In this document: positions 7,866-17,554 of the stretch, in pieces
Position numbering within the stretch: position 1 is the first letter of the stretch
How the letters are laid out: every line of letters begins with the position of its first letter
Assembly: GCA_937888615.1 (NCBI GenBank)
Contig: CALABZ010000086.1
Span: forward strand, 342-64,341
DNA from: an uncultured Lentisphaeria bacterium
GTDB taxonomy: Bacteria > Verrucomicrobiota > Lentisphaeria > Victivallales > Victivallaceae
Length of the DNA stretch: 64,000 bases
Direction: 5' to 3'
Notes under the pieces: model-generated
What the model was told of the DNA's origin: nothing
Seen by the model: only the letters and a program-made list of their open reading frames with translations
The model's database searches: none
Program-made: the position numbers and the translations under genes

Positions 7866-8502
7866 CGCCGCGCATATACCAGTTTACATGTCCGTCAAGA
7901 TGAGCCCAGTTAGCACCTTCCAGATTTTTTTCCGAACCATGATTGCATTTCTTATCGGTACTGGACATCTCTGGGAGTACAGAGACGTCCCCCACCAGAA
8001 ATAGGCGCCCGGGATCGGTACTGCGCGTAGGCCGGTTATGGGCAAACCAATAGCCGCCGTCACTGTACTCACTATTCCACATGCCGATATAAGGCGTATA
8101 AGGAAATCCGGTGCCGTCACCTGACGCCCGTTGGGCCTCCGAGAGGTTTGCGTAATATCCGGTGGGGCATTGCACAATATCCCAAGAGCCGAAATATGGG
8201 CGAAGTTGAGTACCGCTTCCGCCCTCATTGGTAACTCCGCTGAATTTACTGCTACCATCGGCGACCGGTCGCCAGTTATGCGGATAAGCAGGGGAACGGG
8301 TAGGCATCGGCAGATTATCATCATTATCATTTGAATACATTATTACCGAAGTCGCAATTTGTTTCAGGTTGGATGCGCATTTGATAATCTGCGCTTTATT
8401 GCGTGCTTTGCTTAATGCCGGCAGCAGCATCGCGGCCAGGATCGCGATGATCGCGATCACGACGAGGAGTTCGATGAGTGTGAAATTCTGGTCTTTTTTC
8501 AT
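7813..8502 (-). CDS. Prepilin-type N-terminal cleavage/methylation domain protein (pseudopilin-like)
   Basis: N-terminus [37 protein letters not shown]. The C-terminus [16 protein letters not shown] is a variant of the H-X9-DG motif with Asn in place of His. Confidence 0.85.
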   Translation of the reverse strand: MKKDQNFTLIELLVVIAIIAILAAMLLPALSKARNKAQIIKCASNLKQIATSVIMYSNDNDDNLPMPTRSPAYPHNWRPVADGSSKFSGVTNEGGSGTQLRPYFGSWDIVQCPTGYYANLSEAQRASGDGTGFPYTPYIGMWNSEYSDGGYWFAHNRPTRSTDPGRLFLVGDVSVLPEMSSTDKKCNHGSEKNLEGANWAHLDGHVNWYMRGVMRHNGQVAYPDINLAL

Positions 8503-8517
8503 TCTACATTTCCTATG

Positions 8518-11160
8518 TTATTTTGCGTGGTCAAGTAATTCAAAATATGCATCTGCCGCTTCCTCTACGTCCTGATCATTTTGTCCGCCTATCCATATCG
8601 TATCCTGATTCAAACAATATAGGAAACCGCCTCTGCGCCACTGAATTTCTGCCCTGAGTTCCGAAGGCAGTTTGGCAGCATATTCAGGAAAATCAGTTAT
8701 GGTTCCAATGATAATCGACTTTTTGCCCGGGATGGGTGCTTTACTGATTTGGATGGGATTGACAGTCGCATATTTTCCCTCAAGAAAGCCGGTCTCCTGC
8801 GTCCAATTTCGGTGATTATAGTTGAGGGAGGCTTCACAATACGGATAGTACCGGTCAACCATAATGCCAACGGTTTTGATATTGCGGGAAGGATTTTCCG
8901 TCAAAACGATCACAGCATTATTTTTTTTCTGATCCAGTGCGGTAAAGACCTTGGCTATGGTGGCCGGGGGCGATCCCCAAACGGTTTTTCCGGTGTATCC
9001 AAGTTCCAATGAATCGCCTTTGACAAGCTCAACCGTATTTTTTCGTCCCAACGTATTTCCGTTATGCCTGACTGAATCCAGAACCATGCCGTTAATCGCA
9101 TATTTGTGCAGGGATAATACGGCATTTCCGGCCATCTCAACGATCCTGATGACAGCGGAAGTGAACCCTTTTGCATGAATTTCGGCAATCAGGTTTTCCG
9201 ATCCGGTCACGGGAATGGCCGTGAAAGTTACGAGTTCTTTTGGGTCTAGGTGCAAATCGAACTCTATTTTGCCTCTTTCCATATGCTGCCTGATATCTTT
9301 TGGCTGATGCGGTAACAGAAGGTAGTCGCCGCTGCCGAAGTAGTCCGTTGAAACTTCAATCCGGGTGTCAATCGCTTCCCGTTGCGGGTTGCTGATGGTC
9401 AGGATAGTATCCTTGCCATAACCGAAACGACCGAGATAAAGCTTGCTGGAATCCTTACCGGTCATGGCCGGGACCGGATTCCAACCCGCTTTTTTGAGCG
9501 AGATGATTTGTTGAATATGAGGGATAAAGAAATTTCCATTGTCATAGCAAACCGCCCAGTTCATGGGGCTGACACCCAACTGATAGCATTTCAATAACTG
9601 CATGGTCGCCAATTGCTTGTATACTTCCCGTTTCTGTTCCCGGGTTTTAATTTCTTTCCAGGCGATCGAATCATGGGTTTCGCCTGCCGCAATGCCGCTC
9701 CAGAAAGTCATCGGCTTGCGCCCGGACAAGACCCGCAAAGTCATGACCTGGTCCAGCCTGACCTCCGGCCCCCCTTCGAACATGACGCCGTCCGCATGAA
9801 AAACCCCCAGATAAGATTGTTTGCTCAACGCCATATTCATATAGACCGAGAGGCGTTCGCCACGAAAACTTTTCAGCGTATGTATATAATCGGCAAAATA
9901 GACCGGCAGGATCGTATCCGGAGTATAAATTTTGCCGTCTTCATCGAAGCAGCGTCCGGTAGCCCATTGCATCTGTCCCGAACCGTAATTATCCATGCTA
10001 TGATTTGCCATGTCGAATGCAAAACCGTCGATCTTGTAATTTTCCGCGCAAAGCCGGAGTTCTTTCTCGATATAATCCTGCAATCCCGTCCCCGGGGTCC
10101 AGGTAAAATATGTCTTATTCCGATTGGCTTCGATGGAATAAAGTCCGGATATCATTTTTTCCCGGCCATGCTCATTCACAAAATGAGCGCCGGGATATTT
10201 ATCCGCCAAAGTACCCATCATATCCTTGACCAATATATAAAAATACATTGCGGCACGGCGACTTCCAACATCAAATTTAGTTGTTACATCCTGCCGAAAT
10301 TCCTCGAAAGTACCCTTCTTATGTTTGCGCAATCCATAAAAATTCAATGTTTCGGACTGTCCATTCTGCCACTGTTCCGGAATCGCATACCAATTGCCGG
10401 CCTCAAGCCATGGCGCGTAAGTCCATTCCCAGTTCAATTTCGAACGTCTGCCGGCATGCAATTGCAAAGGATGCTGGCTACCGCCCGCCAGATAATATCC
10501 GCCGATGCCGTATATGTTTTGATTGATACCGTCGGCGGGCTTGAACCAACCCGGATAACAGTTGTAATATTGTTCAAGAGCATCAAGCCAGCCAAACCGG
10601 GGAATAAAATCCATCAGGATAAATCCCAGTTTCTGCTCCTTGAGGTTATCCAAAACCATTGGGACCGATAACGTCAGGATGCTGTTCCCATTTTCCGTTG
10701 CCACCGCGGACTGAAATTCGCCCGCCACCGAGTCCGGCGTAATCCCCAACGCAATTCCTGCCTCCTGTCCATATGCACAAACAAAAGGCAAAGTGTCATA
10801 AGGTATTTTCCGGTTGAGACTGCCGTCTACCGGATGTACTTTGGCGCCATCATAATAAAATACATTCTTATCCTGATTAAGTGTTTTTTCAAGGACGACA
10901 CGCATCTTGTAGAATTGCTTACAGCTTTGCGGTACCCAAGCATTCAGCCGAATATCTTTGGCCATGTTTAAATCAATCAGGCTTATGTCACAAGTTATAT
11001 CTTGATATTGCCAAGTCATCCGGTTCCTGGAAACTTTTACATTTCCTTTTATCTCCTGATTGCCGATGTAAATCCTTATTTCACCGAGATTATTCGGTAA
11101 GGTAACCGCATATCCGCACATACACCAAAAGAAAAGTAACAATCCCCAATATTTATTCAT
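8518..11160 (-). CDS. Secreted hypothetical protein (880 aa), possibly glycoside-hydrolase-like
   Basis: Signal-peptide-like N-terminus MNKYWGLLLFFWCMCGYAV. The segment YKIDGFAFDMANH is reminiscent of TIM-barrel glycosidase strands (weak). Its start overlaps the stop of the upstream gene (TAATG at 11158-11162). Confidence 0.7.
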   Translation of the reverse strand: MNKYWGLLLFFWCMCGYAVTLPNNLGEIRIYIGNQEIKGNVKVSRNRMTWQYQDITCDISLIDLNMAKDIRLNAWVPQSCKQFYKMRVVLEKTLNQDKNVFYYDGAKVHPVDGSLNRKIPYDTLPFVCAYGQEAGIALGITPDSVAGEFQSAVATENGNSILTLSVPMVLDNLKEQKLGFILMDFIPRFGWLDALEQYYNCYPGWFKPADGINQNIYGIGGYYLAGGSQHPLQLHAGRRSKLNWEWTYAPWLEAGNWYAIPEQWQNGQSETLNFYGLRKHKKGTFEEFRQDVTTKFDVGSRRAAMYFYILVKDMMGTLADKYPGAHFVNEHGREKMISGLYSIEANRNKTYFTWTPGTGLQDYIEKELRLCAENYKIDGFAFDMANHSMDNYGSGQMQWATGRCFDEDGKIYTPDTILPVYFADYIHTLKSFRGERLSVYMNMALSKQSYLGVFHADGVMFEGGPEVRLDQVMTLRVLSGRKPMTFWSGIAAGETHDSIAWKEIKTREQKREVYKQLATMQLLKCYQLGVSPMNWAVCYDNGNFFIPHIQQIISLKKAGWNPVPAMTGKDSSKLYLGRFGYGKDTILTISNPQREAIDTRIEVSTDYFGSGDYLLLPHQPKDIRQHMERGKIEFDLHLDPKELVTFTAIPVTGSENLIAEIHAKGFTSAVIRIVEMAGNAVLSLHKYAINGMVLDSVRHNGNTLGRKNTVELVKGDSLELGYTGKTVWGSPPATIAKVFTALDQKKNNAVIVLTENPSRNIKTVGIMVDRYYPYCEASLNYNHRNWTQETGFLEGKYATVNPIQISKAPIPGKKSIIIGTITDFPEYAAKLPSELRAEIQWRRGGFLYCLNQDTIWIGGQNDQDVEEAADAYFELLDHAK

Positions 11161-12020
11161 TAGAAAACTCCGTTATATGTCTTGCCATTGATTGTAGTTA
11201 TGACCCATTTATACGACTCTTTGCAGGAGGGTAGCTCCATGGATACGGATGATTTCTCCCGGTCCGGTTTCAACTTGAATTCGGCGAGTTGTTTATTGGT
11301 GGAGTCATGCACCGTCATACTCGCCAACGCATATCCGCTCACCTCAAACCGGACACGGCGTTTTGCTTCTCCCAGATAAGGATTCTGGAGTAGTATCCAA
11401 CCGGCCGAACCAAAATAAGCCCCGGCCCTGAAATCGTAATCCGTAACCCCTTGCGACAAGGGGACCGTAAATTCCAGACTTAGCGTATACCACTCATCTT
11501 TGTTATGCCCCTTGACAAATTGCGGGTCAACAAACAAACCAATTTCGTCCGCAGACTCCTTACTTCTGCTGCCATCAATGTACGAAAAAATTCGAGTCTG
11601 GCTTAACGGAGGATTAAGAGGATTTTTTCCGTCATGCCATTGTTCGGTCTGAAGCCACAATAAAGTCCTTGTGTTTTCAGATTTGATATCGATCCTGGCA
11701 TAATAAGTGACCCCTTCCTTAACCGGTATGGGCTTTGCCTGGCTCCAGTAGCCCGGCAAGTCCCCGGGAGTATCAATGCGCAACATATTACAGCCGGATT
11801 GAGAATTTTTCTCTACCCTACCCTGAATTCCTTTACCATTGGCCATATTGGAAAAAACCCAGCCATCTGGAAATTTTTTGCCGTTCCTATTTTGAAAATT
11901 CGGATTTTCCAATAAGTTTGGAGAATAGGTCGTTCTGATTTTCACCTCCGGTTTTTCTGCGAATACTCCATGGCATATCAGCGAAATAAGACACATCAAC
12001 ACATAACTCTGAATTTTCAT
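11160..12020 (-). CDS. Secreted protein with a jelly-roll/CBM-like N-terminal domain (weak)
   Basis: Signal peptide MKIQSYVLMCLISLICHGVFA. The segment NLLENPNFQNRNGKKFPDGWVF resembles the opening strand of CBM4/9-type or galactose-binding-like modules. It is the first gene of a minus-strand operon. Confidence 0.65.
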   Translation of the reverse strand: MKIQSYVLMCLISLICHGVFAEKPEVKIRTTYSPNLLENPNFQNRNGKKFPDGWVFSNMANGKGIQGRVEKNSQSGCNMLRIDTPGDLPGYWSQAKPIPVKEGVTYYARIDIKSENTRTLLWLQTEQWHDGKNPLNPPLSQTRIFSYIDGSRSKESADEIGLFVDPQFVKGHNKDEWYTLSLEFTVPLSQGVTDYDFRAGAYFGSAGWILLQNPYLGEAKRRVRFEVSGYALASMTVHDSTNKQLAEFKLKPDREKSSVSMELPSCKESYKWVITTINGKTYNGVF

Positions 12021-12095
12021 TTTTCATTAATCTTCCTTCTGTTATTTTGCCCACATTTTTATTATACATGGATTGAATTATAAAAACAATGATCT

Positions 12096-12124
12096 ATATT
12101 ATCAAATATTGTATCATATTATCA
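12096..12124 (+). promoter_or_regulatory. Direct repeat ATATTATCA x2 spaced 20 bp, in the divergent AraC/operon control region
   Basis: ATATTATCA occurs at 12096-12104 and at 12116-12124, within the AT-rich 122-bp region between the operon start (12020) and the AraC ATG (12143). Confidence 0.25.
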
Positions 12125-12142
12125 CTTAAAAAGCGTTCAGTT

Positions 12143-13036
12143 ATGGAAATTGATAAAATCTGGCCTGACTCTATCATCATGAAGGCCAATTTCAAGGCCT
12201 TTAAATCAGGCGAAATTTTCAAACATTCGCAAGTGCAGAGCCGCTTTTTCGTCTGGTGCAAGAGCGGTCACGGAAGGATTATCGTCAATAGCCGGGATTT
12301 TGAACTCAATGCCGGAGATTACTTTTTCCTGCCATGGTGCCACCGGATCGATTATCACGCCTCCGACGACAATCCGTTCGCCATAAACTGTCTCCACCTC
12401 ATCCCCCGTTACCCCCGCGACCGCAGGGTTCTGTTTCGCATCTTCCATTCCCATTATGCGCAAAGCGAGGAGTACCAGATCCGCCGCGACGCAGCCCTGC
12501 CCGGTTTCGAAGGAATCATCCATGGGCGGTTAGCGCCCTACAATCCGCTGATCCTCCTCTCTGAATTCATCATCGCCCGATTTCTGCAAGTGCCGAAAAA
12601 CGAAGACCTGATGCGCCGCCTGGCCGGACTGTTCGTGCATGAACTGATCGTCCAGACCTCCACCCACGGACACAGGGTGCGCATCCGCAAGTCGGAAGAT
12701 TTCCCGTGGCCGTTGCGGCAAATGATGGATGCCATCGAAATCCTGGTCGAAGAACCGATCCCCAATGAGATTTTGCAGTATTACAGCAAAAAATCCATTC
12801 CCACGATCCACCGGCTCTTCAAGCGTTATTTGAACATGACGCCGCGAAACTGGATCAATCAGCGCAAAATACTCCACGCCGCCGACCTGATCAGCAATAG
12901 CGAACTGACCATGACCGAAGTGGCGAACCGCATCTGCATAAACGATAAGTTTTACTTTTCCAGGCTCTTCAAGAAACATATGAAAATCACCGCCGCCGAA
13001 TATCGACGGCTTTACCAGTACAGCCGCCAGAGCTGA
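12143..13036 (+). CDS. AraC family transcriptional regulator (cupin-like sensor plus dual HTH)
   Basis: The C-terminus NWINQRKILHAADLISNSELTMTEVANRICINDKFYFSRLFKKHMKITAAEYRR is a classic AraC HTH. The start is moved to MEIDKIW at 12143, because the listed 12089 start lies in AT-rich promoter DNA. Confidence 0.9.
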   Translation: MEIDKIWPDSIIMKANFKAFKSGEIFKHSQVQSRFFVWCKSGHGRIIVNSRDFELNAGDYFFLPWCHRIDYHASDDNPFAINCLHLIPRYPRDRRVLFRIFHSHYAQSEEYQIRRDAALPGFEGIIHGRLAPYNPLILLSEFIIARFLQVPKNEDLMRRLAGLFVHELIVQTSTHGHRVRIRKSEDFPWPLRQMMDAIEILVEEPIPNEILQYYSKKSIPTIHRLFKRYLNMTPRNWINQRKILHAADLISNSELTMTEVANRICINDKFYFSRLFKKHMKITAAEYRRLYQYSRQS

Positions 13037-13141
13037 TCCGGCTTGACGGATTATTTTCGTCATTTCCGTTTTTTGTGCTGTTGATTTATGGTCTGCCGGT
13101 GAGTATAATATACGGGATATATACAATCAGGAGACCGATAG

Positions 13142-14197
13142 ATGAGTTACCAACGCAATACCAGTCCGCAGAAAATGTTTTTGGCCATGGCAAAAGCCCA
13201 TCCCCCTATTCATTCTTTCCGCGATGAGGATGATTTCCCCGCCTGGAAGCATGAGGTCCGGCCGAAAGTACTGGCCACCCTCGGCGACTTCCCGGCACGA
13301 GTACCGCTCAACCCCGAATTGATCGTCGAATGGAACGAGGACGGCCTCCGCAAACGGCGCTATCTGATCGACGTATCGGAATATATTTCCGCCGAGGTAA
13401 TCGTGGCCTGCCCCGAAAACCTGCCGGAACGAGCCCGGCTGCCCGCCATTCTGTGCTGCCACGGCCACGGCCCCTTCGGCATGGCCCCGGTCATGGGCGA
13501 GCGGGCCAGCGCAGAAATACGCCAATCCATCGACTCCCACAATTATGATTACGGCCACCAGATGGCCAAAAAAGGATTCGTCACCTATGCCATTGACTGG
13601 ATCGGTTTCGGTGGCCGCAACGACAACGGCAAGCCGAATCTCCGCATGATGACCGCCAGCGACTGGTGCAACCAATTTTACCTGCATGCAACCATGCTCG
13701 GCATGACCTCGCTGTCCATCAATATCACCCACGGAATGGCCGCCACCGACTTCGTCTCCGGCCTGCCTTATGTGGATGCGGAACGGCTCGGCGTCATGGG
13801 ATTGTCCGGCGGCGGCACCATGTCGCTGTGGATGGGGCTATGCGATGACCGCATCAAAGCGGTGGAAGTTATCTGCTACAGCAACCTGTGGGCCGATTTC
13901 GGGCTGAACGACATCAACTACTGCGGCATGCAAGTGGCTCCCGGACTGTTCAAACTGGTGGACGTGCCGGAATTGCAGGGATTGCTTGCGCCAAAGCCGC
14001 TGCTGGTCGATATCGGTATTTACGATCCGTGTTTCCTGGTGGAAAGCGCCATGCGCTGTTACCGCAAGGTCGAGAAAATTTACCGGAAAGCCGAAGCCTC
14101 CGACCGTTTGGAATTGGATCTGTTCCCCGGCCCTCACGCCTGGAGCGGCAGGAAAGCCCCCGGTTTCTTCGGCAAATATCTCGGAAATAAACACTGA
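13142..14197 (+). CDS. Alpha/beta-hydrolase fold esterase (dienelactone hydrolase/acetyl esterase-like)
   Basis: Nucleophile elbow GLSGGG, upstream CCHGHGPFG, C-terminal PGPHAW. No signal peptide. Confidence 0.75.
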   Translation: MSYQRNTSPQKMFLAMAKAHPPIHSFRDEDDFPAWKHEVRPKVLATLGDFPARVPLNPELIVEWNEDGLRKRRYLIDVSEYISAEVIVACPENLPERARLPAILCCHGHGPFGMAPVMGERASAEIRQSIDSHNYDYGHQMAKKGFVTYAIDWIGFGGRNDNGKPNLRMMTASDWCNQFYLHATMLGMTSLSINITHGMAATDFVSGLPYVDAERLGVMGLSGGGTMSLWMGLCDDRIKAVEVICYSNLWADFGLNDINYCGMQVAPGLFKLVDVPELQGLLAPKPLLVDIGIYDPCFLVESAMRCYRKVEKIYRKAEASDRLELDLFPGPHAWSGRKAPGFFGKYLGNKH

Positions 14198-14207
14198 AAC
14201 GCGGCGG

Positions 14208-14522
14208 TCACTGGTGGAAAACTTCCTCCATGTCCGCCCACCATTCGTCCGCGGCGGCGGAGGCGACCGGTTCCTGGCAGGGATCGGTCTCGGCAAGCCA
14301 GACTCGGGTCATGCCGGAAAGTTTTTCCATATCGCGCTGATGATCGTCGCCGATGTATTCATAATAAGAGAAGAGATAGCCGTCCCGGTAGAAAATGCTG
14401 TAATTCCGAATGTTGCATTCGGTAATCGCCGCGGTCACTTCCGGGTACGGATTGGCATGCAGTTTCTTGTAATACGCGAGTTTTTCCGGTTTGACCTTGA
14501 TGACTTTGCCGTAACGTTTCAT
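14208..14522 (-). CDS. rhaM: L-rhamnose mutarotase
   Basis: The 104-aa sequence MKRYGKVIKVKPEKLAYYKKLHANPYPEVTAAITECNIRNYSIFYRDGYLFSYYEYIGDD...WWADMEEVFH matches the RhaM family pattern along its full length. Confidence 0.9.
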   Translation of the reverse strand: MKRYGKVIKVKPEKLAYYKKLHANPYPEVTAAITECNIRNYSIFYRDGYLFSYYEYIGDDHQRDMEKLSGMTRVWLAETDPCQEPVASAAADEWWADMEEVFHQ

Positions 14523-14564
14523 TTTTATCGATTCCTTGTATTGTCAGGTTAAAAACTACCGACC

Positions 14565-15845
14565 TTATTCGCTCAATCCCCGGATTTTCCCCACGCGCTG
14601 CAATACCGCCAATGGTTCGGTAACGCTGGTCATATAGATGGGATTCTGCCGGTAATTGCCATCGGAATGCATACATTCCCAGGGCGATCCAAAGTCCGGT
14701 CCCTGCCGGTAATCACCCTCCCGAAGCTCTTGAAAATATTCTTTCAACAGCCCGGAAGCCAGTTCTTCGTTTACCCGGGCGACAGCATAGGCCACCCACC
14801 CGACAGGCGTCCCCCAATAAGCACCGTTCTGATAAGTATTTTTCTTCGGCAGCGCCGATTCCCAGGCGGTTGTCGAATTAAAATCGGCATCAGTCGGCAC
14901 ATGGCGAATATTGCCTTTCCAACTAATCGTGTCCTGTTCAACAGCCCGTGCCAAGGTCCGGCACAGAGAATCCGCGGATTGCGGATTCAGCAGACCGTAA
15001 TATACGGCAAACGCGGAGCCCCAGACATCCGGCTGTGCACTCTTCCCCGTACTGGCTTTCAACAAGCCATACTCATGGGTGAAAAACCGGGGAATATTTT
15101 CCGTAATCAGGGAGGCGAGGTCCGAATATTTCTCATATTTTTCCCAATTCCCATCCAGCCGGAACAAATCGGCCAACTGCAAGGCGGCACGGCAACGGAG
15201 CAACGAGCAGAAAAGCAATTCGCCGGTGTGTTCAATCGCATCGGTAAAGCCGAAAGACACACCGCGGTTGGCCTCGCCGCAGCAAACCATGATGCCTTCT
15301 TTCTCGACCGGCGGCACGTTGAACGCCATTTCCAGTCGATCTAAAAGGGAAATCCCGGCGACTTCCGTCTTCAGCACGGTGATATCGTGTTTCTGATCAA
15401 CCAGTTGCCAGGCCATTTCCGTGAAATAAAAATGATCGTCCAGAGAGGGGAGATATCCCCATTTTTTGCCGCCCTGCCCTTCATAATCATCGATTGTACC
15501 CGGGAAAAAGATCGGTTTCCCGTCAAAACTGATATGGTCCGGGATCGCCCCTTTCGGGACAAAACTGCCGCTGGGGGTGTGCCAATCGTGGTCGGACTGG
15601 TGCTTTGCGGTCAAAAGCAATGCGTGCAACTGTTCATCCTGCCGAATCAGGCCGCATCCCTGCGACATGGCGAAATCCCGAATCCAGAATGCCGGATAAC
15701 CAGCGCCTCCACCGGGACGAATCAACGTATGGCCTGTCAGATTCGGTCCGAATTTTCCGACATATTCTCCCGGGCGCACCCTGGCGGCCTCGATCACGGC
15801 TTCCGCCAATTCCGTCAAATACCGCAAATCCTCAACTAAAACCAT
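14565..15845 (-). CDS. (alpha/alpha)6-barrel (six-hairpin) glycoside hydrolase-like protein, cytoplasmic
   Basis: GYPAFWIRDFAMS (the W-x-RD motif of six-hairpin glycosidases) and YQNGAYWGTPVGW near the C-terminus. No signal peptide. I did not identify the exact GH family. Confidence 0.55.
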   Translation of the reverse strand: MVLVEDLRYLTELAEAVIEAARVRPGEYVGKFGPNLTGHTLIRPGGGAGYPAFWIRDFAMSQGCGLIRQDEQLHALLLTAKHQSDHDWHTPSGSFVPKGAIPDHISFDGKPIFFPGTIDDYEGQGGKKWGYLPSLDDHFYFTEMAWQLVDQKHDITVLKTEVAGISLLDRLEMAFNVPPVEKEGIMVCCGEANRGVSFGFTDAIEHTGELLFCSLLRCRAALQLADLFRLDGNWEKYEKYSDLASLITENIPRFFTHEYGLLKASTGKSAQPDVWGSAFAVYYGLLNPQSADSLCRTLARAVEQDTISWKGNIRHVPTDADFNSTTAWESALPKKNTYQNGAYWGTPVGWVAYAVARVNEELASGLLKEYFQELREGDYRQGPDFGSPWECMHSDGNYRQNPIYMTSVTEPLAVLQRVGKIRGLSE

Positions 15846-15946
15846 CTTCCGACTCCAGTTCGGCCTTAATGTTTACAGATATCAATGAGTTCCGTATTGA
15901 ACGTCATTTCCCACTCCGCAACTCCACTGTTGGAACTTTTATTAAT

Positions 15947-16729
15947 TTACACACACTTCAGAATAAAATCAACAATCGGTTGCGGATTTTCCAGACAATG
16001 CGGATGATGGGCGGCGCCCTTCTTGCAGATGGTTTCGATCTCTCCGCCCAGCGCCCGATAACGGGACACGACCAGCAGGGTGTTTTCCGAGGCCGGGACC
16101 ACCTCGTCGGCATCCCCGTAGACATGGAGGATCGGGACGTGCGCCCGAGCCAGGGGCTCGAGATTATCCACCGGATTGCCGGGAAACGCCAGCGCCTGTT
16201 CCTCCGTCATGCCCCACGCGGCCAGGCAATTCCGCCATCCGGCCGCCTCGCCCGGCCCGACGCCCCGACCGCCTGGCCAGCTTTTGAAATCGCAAACCGG
16301 GTTATCAAGGTACAGGCAATAGACTTTGTCGGTATTTTTCGCCGCCCAGGAGTAGACGTCAAGCCCGCCGCGGCTGTAGCCGACCGGGACGCAGCGCGTG
16401 TCGAATCCAAGGGATTCCGTCAGAAAACGGTAAAGCAGGTCGAAATGGCGATTCGACTCCGGCGAACCGTACAGTTCGTCGATTTCGATATGGACCACAT
16501 ACCACCCCAGTTTCAGCATCGCCCAATCGGCATTCGGAAACGCCCCGAAAAAGCGCGCGCGCCAATACCAATGTTTCTCCGGCGCCGGTTCGCAGTCCGG
16601 CTCCACCACAATGCATTTGAGTCCGTTCAGGGTGAAATCATGGCGGCGAAACCCGCACCAGAGGGAAGCGGTGCCGGGAAAATCCGTGTCGAACATGTCA
16701 TTTTGTGAGATCATCTGCATCAAAAGCAT
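15947..16729 (-). CDS. Alpha/beta hydrolase (esterase/peptidase S9-like)
   Basis: GYSRGG nucleophile elbow, GDADEVVP acid-residue region and AAHHPH histidine region, in the expected order. Confidence 0.75.
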   Translation of the reverse strand: MLLMQMISQNDMFDTDFPGTASLWCGFRRHDFTLNGLKCIVVEPDCEPAPEKHWYWRARFFGAFPNADWAMLKLGWYVVHIEIDELYGSPESNRHFDLLYRFLTESLGFDTRCVPVGYSRGGLDVYSWAAKNTDKVYCLYLDNPVCDFKSWPGGRGVGPGEAAGWRNCLAAWGMTEEQALAFPGNPVDNLEPLARAHVPILHVYGDADEVVPASENTLLVVSRYRALGGEIETICKKGAAHHPHCLENPQPIVDFILKCV

Positions 16730-16813
16730 CCTTTATAATCAATCAGGCAACAATGTTATAAATCGGGGTAAACGGCGTTTTTCATCCGAGCACCGTAAGG
16801 TGCGCGATCATGA

Positions 16814-16842
16814 AATTTACACCATTTACCCCGTCCTGTCAA
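16814..16842 (-). promoter_or_regulatory. Sigma-70-like promoter candidate (TTGACA-17-TAAATT) for the esterase/GH/rhaM genes
   Basis: On the minus strand, TTGACA (16842-16837), a 17-nt spacer, then TAAATT (16819-16814). It lies in the 159-bp gap after the pseudopilin gene. Confidence 0.35.
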
Positions 16843-16888
16843 CAGGTGAATGACATTCTGATCTTCATATTTTTCGAATACGAACCGA

Positions 16889-17551
16889 TCACGGTTTGGG
16901 CAGGACTTTGCTGTCCATGTTTTTGTCGCGAACCAGATAATACGGACGTTTGGAACCGGCGGAAGCTCCGCCGTTGTAAACGACCGGCAGGTATTCCATC
17001 GCGGCGGCATGACCATCGGCGAAAGCGAACCCGGCGTTTTTGCCGTGGGCTTCCGGGTGCCAGATTCCGGCGATCCGTGAATCCCAGTAATACAATCCGG
17101 TGCCGTCGGCGGTGGCGTTGGGTTTGGCGTCGCAGAAGAGAACGGTTTCGGCGGGCGCTTTGAACTGGTTCATTTTGATGGCGACATTGAACGGAACGTC
17201 GCCGTTGCCGCCGACATAGAAATGGTTATAAGAGTAGGAATAGCGTTCCTTATTGTTGTTTCCCGGGCAACGGGTTTTGAAAATATCCAGGTAATTGTTG
17301 AATGCATGGGTGGTGTTGCACCAGTAAATCCCGCTTTTCGCATAATTGGGGGCGACATCGTCGTAGTCACCGGCATAAATCAGAAAGGCGGCACTGTACT
17401 GTTTGAGGCTGTTGAGACAACCGGCCTGCTTGGCCTTGTCGCGAGCGGCATTCAGCGCCGGCAGCAGCATTGCCGCCAGGATGGCGATGATGGCGATCAC
17501 AACGAGGAGTTCGATGAGCGTGAAATTTCCGTTTTTCCGATAAATTTTCAT
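16889..17551 (-). CDS. Prepilin-type N-terminal cleavage/methylation domain protein with an H-X9-DG motif
   Basis: [40 protein letters not shown] at the N-terminus and [17 protein letters not shown] (H-X9-DG) near the C-terminus. Confidence 0.9.
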   Translation of the reverse strand: MKIYRKNGNFTLIELLVVIAIIAILAAMLLPALNAARDKAKQAGCLNSLKQYSAAFLIYAGDYDDVAPNYAKSGIYWCNTTHAFNNYLDIFKTRCPGNNNKERYSYSYNHFYVGGNGDVPFNVAIKMNQFKAPAETVLFCDAKPNATADGTGLYYWDSRIAGIWHPEAHGKNAGFAFADGHAAAMEYLPVVYNGGASAGSKRPYYLVRDKNMDSKVLPKP

Positions 17552-17554
17552 GGC

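Noticed and set aside
15605-16708. Long antisense ORFs in GC-rich genes. Examples: 15605-16708, 9613-10671, 17894-18865, 18932-19873, 22272-23042, 40131-40904, 41066-41761, 50919-51662, 55143-55931, 56824-57915, 58012-58689, 12530-13126, 13127-13732 and 45011-45610.
   Set aside because: Each is the mirror of a gene with clear family motifs. Their translations are Arg/Gly/Pro/Ala-rich low-information sequence, typical of stop-poor antisense frames in GC-rich DNA, and no RBS or family signal was seen.
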